The notes below the pieces were generated by a model. The model made no database searches and was not told the DNA's origin. It saw nothing but the letters and a program-made list of their open reading frames with translations. A stretch of 47,005 nucleotides of DNA from a virus (lineage: Duplodnaviria > Caudoviricetes): positions 1 to 47,005 of IMG/VR virus record IMGVR_UViG_3300006918_000004; one strand, written 5' to 3'. This document shows positions 8,557-15,003 of this stretch, piece after piece. Made by a program: the position numbers and the translations under genes. The first letter of the stretch is position 1; every line of letters begins with the position of its first letter.

Positions 8557-8613
8557 GGATTTTTCACGTGGGAGATTAACAGTAGTCTCCCCGACAACTT
8601 GAAGGAGGTAAAG

Positions 8614-8865
8614 ATGGGATTAGCATTAGATGAATACTGCGTCGAGTTCTATTACAAGGGCAAGTGGACTCACACATTCCGCGTGCAGGCTCTCAGCTTT
8701 CTGGACGCTATGGAATACGGACTGGGAAAATTCGCAGACATGAACTGGGAACTGGCGAATGCCGGAGACCCTACGGAAGCTTCTGACGAGGTCCGCGTGG
8801 TGACTTCCGCTCGTGCCGCAGAAGCAGTTGCCGAAGCTATCGCCGCGAAAAAGGAGGTGGCGTAA
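8614..8865 (+). CDS. hypothetical protein
   Basis: AAGGAGG RBS before ATG 8614. Confidence 0.75.
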   Translation: MGLALDEYCVEFYYKGKWTHTFRVQALSFLDAMEYGLGKFADMNWELANAGDPTEASDEVRVVTSARAAEAVAEAIAAKKEVA

Positions 8866-8866
8866 A

Positions 8867-9085
8867 ATGACTGTCAACATCGACGATCTCCGCAAGCGAG
8901 TCCTCGCGGGTGAAGCGTACACACGAGAAGAGCTCCGGGAGGCTATTGCTGCCCTCCGGGGCGAGCGTGTAGCCGTAGCCACTAACACGACAGCTAAGCG
9001 TCAGGTAACTAAGGGCATGTCCGATGACGAGCTGGATGACGACTTTATGAGCATCGTCGCGCAGGTGCAGGAGGAAAAGAAATGA
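8867..9085 (+). CDS. hypothetical protein
   Basis: AAGGAGG RBS before ATG 8867. Confidence 0.75.
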   Translation: MTVNIDDLRKRVLAGEAYTREELREAIAALRGERVAVATNTTAKRQVTKGMSDDELDDDFMSIVAQVQEEKK

Positions 9086-9198
9086 AAGCTTTGTGGTGTA
9101 CGCTATTTCATCGAGCTTGGTATAAAATTACCGGAGAAGATAATATCTGGTACGGTGAGTATACTTGCCAAAAGTGCGGAAGGAAATTCACACTATGA
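9082..9198 (+). CDS. 38-aa Zn-finger-like peptide (not in ORF track)
   Basis: C-x3-H ... CQKCG; ATGA overlaps at both ends; GGAGG RBS. Confidence 0.65.
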   Translation: MKALWCTLFHRAWYKITGEDNIWYGEYTCQKCGRKFTL

Positions 9199-10208
9199 GC
9201 TTCGACCTTTCCATTCTGAACGATGACGGCTCCGCCCCATATCTGCCGCAACAGGAGCCAGTCGTCCTCCACTCCTCTTTCCCGGAGCTGATCGACAATA
9301 CGGCTCGAGAGCAGTTCTTCGTCTGCCCGCAGAAATTTTTCCGCAGCACTATTCAGAAGCTTGGTCCGCGTTGGACTTCCCCTCACCTACATTTCGGGGG
9401 AGCTTTCGCAGCCGGGCTGGAAACTATGCGGAAGAGCTTCTACGATGATCAGGCAACAGAGCAGGAGGCCTTAGACAACGGGCTGATAGCAGCTATCAAG
9501 TACTGGGGGGATTACCAGCCACCAGAAGATAGCGTGAAGAACTTCGATAATCTGCTCCTTGCCCTAGTCCATTACGCTGAGACTCGTCCCCTGTCCAAAG
9601 ATCATATTAAGCCCCTGAAGCTCTCCTCCGGGAAGCACGCAATTGAGTTCACTTTCGCGGTGCCTATCCCTAACACAGTCCACCCAGAGACTGGCAATCC
9701 TATCTTGTACGGAGGTCGCTTCGACATGTTCGCGGAGTTCCAGAATGCTCCCTTCGTAGAGGATGATAAAACGACCTCCCGGCTCGGACCTAGCTGGATG
9801 AAGCAGTGGACTTTGAACAGTCAATTCACTGGTTACTGTTGGGCAGCGGGAGTAGTTGGTATGCCAGTCGTCGGAGCAATCATCCGGGGTCAGTCCATTC
9901 TCTCCAAGTCCTTCGAAAACGCTGAAGCTATCATCTACCGCCCGAAGTGGCAGATCGAACGGTGGCTTAACCAGCTTATCAACGATGTTAACAGAATGGT
10001 TAAACACTGGAGACTGTGGCAGGCTACGAACAATGAAGCAAGCTTCGACTACGCCCTTGGAACTGCTTGCGCGGCTTACGGAGGATGCGAATTCCTCCGC
10101 CTTTGCTCTAGTCCTAATCCTGAGTCCTGGATTCCGACAGACTACAAGAACAAGCACTGGAATCCTCTCGCGAAGGACCCGGAGGCAGAGAACGGAGGCG
10201 AAAAGTGA
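9195..10208 (+). CDS. PD-(D/E)XK exonuclease, Cas4/AddB-like
   Basis: GRFD...DDKT...QFTGY motifs; N-terminal CP plus C-terminal C-x5-C-x5-C, a likely Fe-S staple. Confidence 0.8.
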   Translation: MSFDLSILNDDGSAPYLPQQEPVVLHSSFPELIDNTAREQFFVCPQKFFRSTIQKLGPRWTSPHLHFGGAFAAGLETMRKSFYDDQATEQEALDNGLIAAIKYWGDYQPPEDSVKNFDNLLLALVHYAETRPLSKDHIKPLKLSSGKHAIEFTFAVPIPNTVHPETGNPILYGGRFDMFAEFQNAPFVEDDKTTSRLGPSWMKQWTLNSQFTGYCWAAGVVGMPVVGAIIRGQSILSKSFENAEAIIYRPKWQIERWLNQLINDVNRMVKHWRLWQATNNEASFDYALGTACAAYGGCEFLRLCSSPNPESWIPTDYKNKHWNPLAKDPEAENGGEK

Positions 10209-10324
10209 GTTACCTCATCGGAGTGCTTATTGGAACTACCGTCGGAGCCTTTGATCTAGGACCTTTCACTTCGCTCGTCCTAATCGTAGGTCTTTGCCTC
10301 GTAGTCTGGAGACTGGTGAACTAA
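10205..10324 (+). CDS. 39-aa membrane peptide (not in ORF track)
   Basis: GGAGG RBS, GTGA/TAATG coupling, hydrophobic. Confidence 0.55.
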   Translation: MSYLIGVLIGTTVGAFDLGPFTSLVLIVGLCLVVWRLVN

Positions 10325-10653
10325 TGGCTACCAGACACTTCTTCATTCGGGATCAGTACATCGGGCAAGCCCCGGCGCACCTCGCTCCGGTCTTCAATGA
10401 GGTCCACATGTCTACAGGCAAAGCCTTCTTCTGCCCGAAGTGTTCCGAAGTCTGGGCACTATCCCCGGTCGAAGGCCAGGAGACATATGTCGAGCACCTC
10501 CCCTGCGAGAAGCACGAAGCTACTCCCTCCCGCCCTACTCCGGGCTGTCTCTACCTCCCATGGGATGAGGATTGGAACAAGGCCCTGCCAAAAGAAATAC
10601 TTGCCAGGGATTTTTTAATCATGTATCAATTACAAAGGGTTAACGATGAATAA
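10324..10653 (+). CDS. Cys-containing hypothetical protein
   Basis: FCPKCSEVW, CEKH; TAATG coupling. Confidence 0.7.
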   Translation: MATRHFFIRDQYIGQAPAHLAPVFNEVHMSTGKAFFCPKCSEVWALSPVEGQETYVEHLPCEKHEATPSRPTPGCLYLPWDEDWNKALPKEILARDFLIMYQLQRVNDE

Positions 10654-11497
10654 TCAGACGGAAATTCACCACGTGAAAGTGACGCCAAAGTTCAATATCC
10701 CCGGCTCCAAGACTCTCCTGATGGGAGACGCCGGAACTGGCAAGACACACGTTCTCAGAACATTGATCGAAGCAGGCCTTGAGGTCTTTGCAATCTTTAC
10801 TGAGCCCGGAATGGAGGTCGTCGCAGATATTCCTTCAGACAAACTCCACTGGAACTATATCAGCCCATCGACTGTTTCTTGGGAAACGATGATTGACAGC
10901 GCGAAGAAAATCAACACGCTTGACTTCAAGACCCTGACATCTCTCCCGCACATTAACAAGGGGCAACACAAGGAGTTCATGGATTTATTGGTAGCTATGT
11001 CCAATTACGTGGACAAGCGCACTGGCAAAGAGTATGGCCCGGTAGACAACTTCGATCAATCCCAAGTCCTGTGGATAGACAGTCTCTCAGGCATTAACAA
11101 TATGGCTATGAACCTCGTAGCCGGGTCCAAGCCCATGAAGTCTCCCGCTGATTACGGCGTAGCTATGGACAACCTCGAGAACTTTATCGAGAAAGTCTGT
11201 AATGATCTGAAGTGCCACGTAGTAGTCGTAGGCCATATCGAGAAAGAGACTGACGAACTGACCGGAGGCATCTCCACAATGATCAGCACGATCGGGAAGA
11301 AACTGGCCCCGAAGATTCCAAAGCTTTTCTCAGACGTGATCCACACCAAGCGGGTAGACACAAAGTTCTACTGGTCTACAGTCACCCCGAACACTGTGCT
11401 GAAGGCCCGGAACCTTCCGTGGGCAGATAACATGCAACCATCCTTCGTCCCCTTGATACAGAACTGGAGACGTAAGAACGAGACGGCGGGCGTCTAG
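10646..11497 (+). CDS. AAA_24-type P-loop ATPase (Sak4-like recombination/annealing protein)
   Basis: Walker A GDAGTGKT, Walker B LWIDSLS; context between exonuclease and SSB. Confidence 0.75.
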   Translation: MNNQTEIHHVKVTPKFNIPGSKTLLMGDAGTGKTHVLRTLIEAGLEVFAIFTEPGMEVVADIPSDKLHWNYISPSTVSWETMIDSAKKINTLDFKTLTSLPHINKGQHKEFMDLLVAMSNYVDKRTGKEYGPVDNFDQSQVLWIDSLSGINNMAMNLVAGSKPMKSPADYGVAMDNLENFIEKVCNDLKCHVVVVGHIEKETDELTGGISTMISTIGKKLAPKIPKLFSDVIHTKRVDTKFYWSTVTPNTVLKARNLPWADNMQPSFVPLIQNWRRKNETAGV

Positions 11498-11500
11498 CGA

Positions 11501-11720
11501 GGCAGCAGGTGCCTAACCTGACCGTGGTAGCAATCGGCTTAATTGCTACGGAGGCAGCCAGACTGGAGTCATTGCATCCAGCCCTTTGCCAGATAGTAGT
11601 CAGTAGAAATTAGGCCAATCAGTGGGGATTGGTCTATAGGAGAAGTCTCCGATCTGCAGTCTAGTGTCTGGTTTCTGGTGATGCATACAGGGCACGAAGT
11701 ATGGCCCCTGACCAAAAGCC
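11501..11720 (+). ncRNA. candidate structured RNA / SSB mRNA leader
   Basis: at least 8 pairable stems with G-U pairs in an intergenic gap with no annotated ORF. Confidence 0.5.
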
Positions 11721-11792
11721 ATCCCTCTTTTTAACCGTGACTTTATTTAACCTTAATTTTTATCTGACTAATTTTTATAGGAACCTTATACC

Positions 11793-12230
11793 ATGGCATC
11801 CGTATTCAATCCCGAGACCTTCTTGAACACGACCTTCGACGAGTCCTTTTCCACAGCCCGTATCCCCGTGCCTGAAGGCGAATACACCGCAGTCATTAAA
11901 GAGATTAAACCACGCACTGCGAAGGAGCGAGCAGTTCTCGATGTCATCTATGGCATAGACGATCCGCATGTAGCTGAGGTCACTGGTTTCGAGTCTCCCC
12001 AAGTGCGTCAGTCGATTTTCCTCGATCTAACGCCTACCGGCGGCTTGGCAATTGGTGAAGGCAAGAACATCGGTTTAGGCAAATTGCGCGAGGCTTGTGG
12101 TCAGAATCAGAAGGGCAAAGCTTGGCAACCCGGACTCCTGGTCGGGCAAGTCGTCAAGGTGAAGGTCGCTCATCGAACTTATGAAGATGAAGTCCAAGCC
12201 GACGTGAAAGCAGTAACGGCACTCGACTAA
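11793..12230 (+). CDS. single-stranded DNA-binding protein (DUF669-like)
   Basis: PVPEGEYTAVIKE start, LVGQVVKVKVAHR end typical of phage OB-fold SSBs; context. Confidence 0.65.
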   Translation: MASVFNPETFLNTTFDESFSTARIPVPEGEYTAVIKEIKPRTAKERAVLDVIYGIDDPHVAEVTGFESPQVRQSIFLDLTPTGGLAIGEGKNIGLGKLREACGQNQKGKAWQPGLLVGQVVKVKVAHRTYEDEVQADVKAVTALD

Positions 12231-12255
12231 TAACAAGGTAGTTTAAAGCAAACTG

Positions 12256-12288
12256 ACTAGGCGGGCGGCAACCCGCCTAGTTTCTTTT
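12256..12288 (+). terminator. intrinsic terminator
   Basis: ACTAGGCGGG-cggcaa-CCCGCCTAGT then TTCTTTT. Confidence 0.85.
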
Positions 12289-12302
12289 GGAGGACTTGAA
12301 AC

Positions 12303-12500
12303 ATGGGGTTAGTTGCAGAATTTGTTACTATCCAAGCAGAAATAAAAAGACAGACGGAGAAAGCTATCTGTATAGAATATCACGAGGAGTTAATCTGGCT
12401 TCCCCGCTCACAGATCGAGCAAATTAACTTCGTAGCTGGTGAATGGGCTCCGAAAATCACCATGACGGCCTGGATTGCTAAAGAGAAGGAGATAATATAA
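12303..12500 (+). CDS. small conserved phage protein
   Basis: TEKA...WLPRSQI motif; GGAGG RBS. Confidence 0.75.
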   Translation: MGLVAEFVTIQAEIKRQTEKAICIEYHEELIWLPRSQIEQINFVAGEWAPKITMTAWIAKEKEII

Positions 12501-13147
12501 TGGCTTCACCTTTTAAATTCTCTGCGCCTGATATTTGCACTGAGATACTGAAAAAAGAAGGTGGGTACTGGGAGCCTATAGTGACAAACGTTCCTTTATT
12601 CGGGACAGACATGGATTTTATTCAGCCCGAGTATCATGCCTATAGATTCAAATCAGGCCGTATATGGGACGTAGTAAATGGCTGGCGAGATCAAGTTAAG
12701 CAGCTATCAGCCAGTGGTGTTGTGGCTACAGTAGCCACAGTGCCAGTAAAAGAAGCATCTGCTGCCCGCACTTTCTCCACCGGAGCAACTCGAGACACAG
12801 ACAATGGAAAACTTGATTATGAAGCCTTTCTATCCCCTCTCGTTCTTGAGCGCTACGCTCAGTACATGCATAAAAACCGTGTTCAATCTGATGGCCGATT
12901 GCGAGATGGCGATAATTGGCAGAAGGGAATCCCGCAGGAGGTCTACATTAAATCAGCGTGGAGGCACTTCATGGACTGGTGGCAGCTGCATAGGCAACTT
13001 AAATCTGCCTCTCCAGTCGAAATGGAAGAAGCCCTTTGCGCCCTTCTCTTTAACATTCAGGGGTATCTCTTTGAGCAACTCAATAAACGAGGCGAGTGTG
13101 AAAGTGGGCCAATCCCGGAAGCACTCGGCGCTAGAAAGCGCGATTAA
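12500..13147 (+). CDS. dATP/dGTP diphosphohydrolase-domain (DUF5664-like) protein with extra N-terminal domain
   Basis: FSTGATRD...GKLDY...NWQKGIP...SAWRH...ALLFN pattern. Confidence 0.7.
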   Translation: MASPFKFSAPDICTEILKKEGGYWEPIVTNVPLFGTDMDFIQPEYHAYRFKSGRIWDVVNGWRDQVKQLSASGVVATVATVPVKEASAARTFSTGATRDTDNGKLDYEAFLSPLVLERYAQYMHKNRVQSDGRLRDGDNWQKGIPQEVYIKSAWRHFMDWWQLHRQLKSASPVEMEEALCALLFNIQGYLFEQLNKRGECESGPIPEALGARKRD

Positions 13148-13328
13148 TATTCTGGTGGGGATCGGGGTAGCCCTTTTAACTCAGTTACTTATCTTTCCCC
13201 TGTTTGATATTCACATTTCAACCGCAAGCCACATCGGTATCACGCTGATATTCACTGCAGTCTCTTTCATCCGGTCTTATTACCTGCGGCGACTTTTTAA
13301 CTACTTACACTTGAAGGATATATTATGA
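13098..13328 (+). CDS. small two-TM membrane protein
   Basis: QSRKHSALESAINILVG...SFIRSYYLRRLFN; GTG start inside the 12804 ORF. Confidence 0.7.
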   Translation: MKVGQSRKHSALESAINILVGIGVALLTQLLIFPLFDIHISTASHIGITLIFTAVSFIRSYYLRRLFNYLHLKDIL

Positions 13329-13693
13329 CAGAGATAGAATTAAACCATGCTCATATGGTTATGAATCTTGCTAAGCCAGGCGAAGATATTATGACAGGTC
13401 TTAACCCGGTTAAGGTAGATATGATGCATGCAGCTGTCGGCATCTCGGGAGAGGCCGGGGAATTGCTGGATGCTATCAAAAAGCATGTCATCTATAATAA
13501 ACCTCTTGACTTCATGAATGTGGTGGAGGAACTAGGCGACCTCGAATTTTACCTTGCGCAACTCCGCTTCAATCTGGGCATTGGTCGGAGCGAGACTCTT
13601 AAACATAACATGGATAAGCTCGAAAAACGTTACGGAGGCTCCTACTCCGACGCTGCTGCTCAAGCCCGTGCTGATAAGGAAGAAGGGAAATGA
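13325..13693 (+). CDS. mazG: MazG-like NTP pyrophosphohydrolase
   Basis: GEAGELLDAIKK...EELGDLEFY (ExxE...ExxD). Confidence 0.85.
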   Translation: MTEIELNHAHMVMNLAKPGEDIMTGLNPVKVDMMHAAVGISGEAGELLDAIKKHVIYNKPLDFMNVVEELGDLEFYLAQLRFNLGIGRSETLKHNMDKLEKRYGGSYSDAAAQARADKEEGK

Positions 13694-15003
13694 ACTTAGT
13701 CAATATTCACGACATAAAGATTCCCGAAAATCGTCAGCGGAAAGAGTTCGCCCGGAAGGATCTAGATGACCTGAAGGTCTCCATTCTCTCCAAGGGACTG
13801 CTCCACCCGCCTGTAGTCCGTAACGATGGCGTCACTCTTGTCGCCGGTGAACGTAGGCTCCGTGCATTGAAGGAGCTCAATCAAGAAGAAGGCCTTATCG
13901 TCTACCACGGCGAAGTATTGCCCGACAACTTCATCCCTGTCAACAAGCTCGCTGACCTCGACCCTCTTGAGGTGATGGAGGCCGAGCTCGAGGAGAACGT
14001 CATCCGGGTGGACCTCACGTGGCAGGAGAAAGCTCACGCGACGAACAAGCTTAAAACACTCAGAGCTGCGCAGGCGGAGAAAGCAGGCAAGACTCACACT
14101 GTCTCTGACCTTACTGAGGAAATCCGGGGGACTAAGGATGGGGGTCACGGTAGACTTGTGAAGGAGCTGCTTGTTCTCGGGGAGAACCTCCACATTCCCG
14201 AGGTCGCCAAAGCCAAGACTCAAAAGGAAGCTGTCAAAGTCCTTAGAAAAATTAAAGAGACTGAGTGGCGCGCCGAGCTAGCCTCCAAAGTAGACCTCAA
14301 AAAGGTAGAGCATGACATTCGCCTCGGAGATATGTTCCATCTCACCCCCACACTCCCTGATGACTATTTCGACCTAATCCTCGCGGACCCTCCTTACGGA
14401 GTTGACGCGGATTCCTTCGGGGATATGTCAGACACTGGCCATAACTACAAAGATGACTGGGAGACAGCTCATGCTATATACAGGTTCATTGCGATCGAAG
14501 GCTATCGCATTGCGAAAAAAGAAGCCCATTGCTACATCTTCTGCTCCATTGAGCACTTCCAAAAAATATCGGCTGAGTTCGATTTGGCTGGATGGGATGT
14601 CTGGCCGCGTCCTCTCATTTGGAATAAAGGAAATGGTATGCTCTCCCGCCCGGAGCATGGCCCAAGGTATACGTATGAGTGTATCTTGTTCGCTTCCCGA
14701 GGAAATCGGAAAGTACTGTCAGTGCGAAACGATGTCATTACCGTGTCAGGAGATAAGAGACTATCTCACGGCGCTCAAAAGCCGGTTGACCTCTATGTCG
14801 ATCTTATATCCCGCTCGTGTTTACCAGGAAATCGAATCTTTGATCCCACGGGTGGAAGCGGAACTACAATCAGTGCCGCAGCCCAGACTCGTTGCATCGC
14901 TACTCTCTTCGAAATTGATCCCGGCAACTTCAACATCTGCTTGGGACGGCTCAAGGACGATTCACTAGACCAGATTGACTTGGAACTGGAGGAAGAGGAA
15001 TGA
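13690..15003 (+). CDS. ParB-like N-terminal domain fused to a beta-class N6A/N4C DNA methyltransferase
   Basis: AGERRLRA and ENVIRVDL ParB boxes; DPPY catalytic motif before DPTGGSGTT SAM motif. Confidence 0.9.
   Translation: MNLVNIHDIKIPENRQRKEFARKDLDDLKVSILSKGLLHPPVVRNDGVTLVAGERRLRALKELNQEEGLIVYHGEVLPDNFIPVNKLADLDPLEVMEAELEENVIRVDLTWQEKAHATNKLKTLRAAQAEKAGKTHTVSDLTEEIRGTKDGGHGRLVKELLVLGENLHIPEVAKAKTQKEAVKVLRKIKETEWRAELASKVDLKKVEHDIRLGDMFHLTPTLPDDYFDLILADPPYGVDADSFGDMSDTGHNYKDDWETAHAIYRFIAIEGYRIAKKEAHCYIFCSIEHFQKISAEFDLAGWDVWPRPLIWNKGNGMLSRPEHGPRYTYECILFASRGNRKVLSVRNDVITVSGDKRLSHGAQKPVDLYVDLISRSCLPGNRIFDPTGGSGTTISAAAQTRCIATLFEIDPGNFNICLGRLKDDSLDQIDLELEEEE

Noticed and set aside
11501-11591. 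Canonical tRNA gene
   Set aside because: Cloverleaf-like, but lacks the TTCRA T-loop, GG D-loop and 7-bp acceptor stem; kept only as an ncRNA candidate.
12804-13097. N-terminal 98 aa of the 174-aa ORF 12804..13328
   Set aside because: Overlaps the DUF5664-like gene; only the part from GTG 13098 looks like a real membrane protein.
13690-14300. Plasmid-prophage ParABS partition system
   Set aside because: No ParA (deviant Walker A) or Rep gene is seen, and the ParB domain is fused to an MTase.
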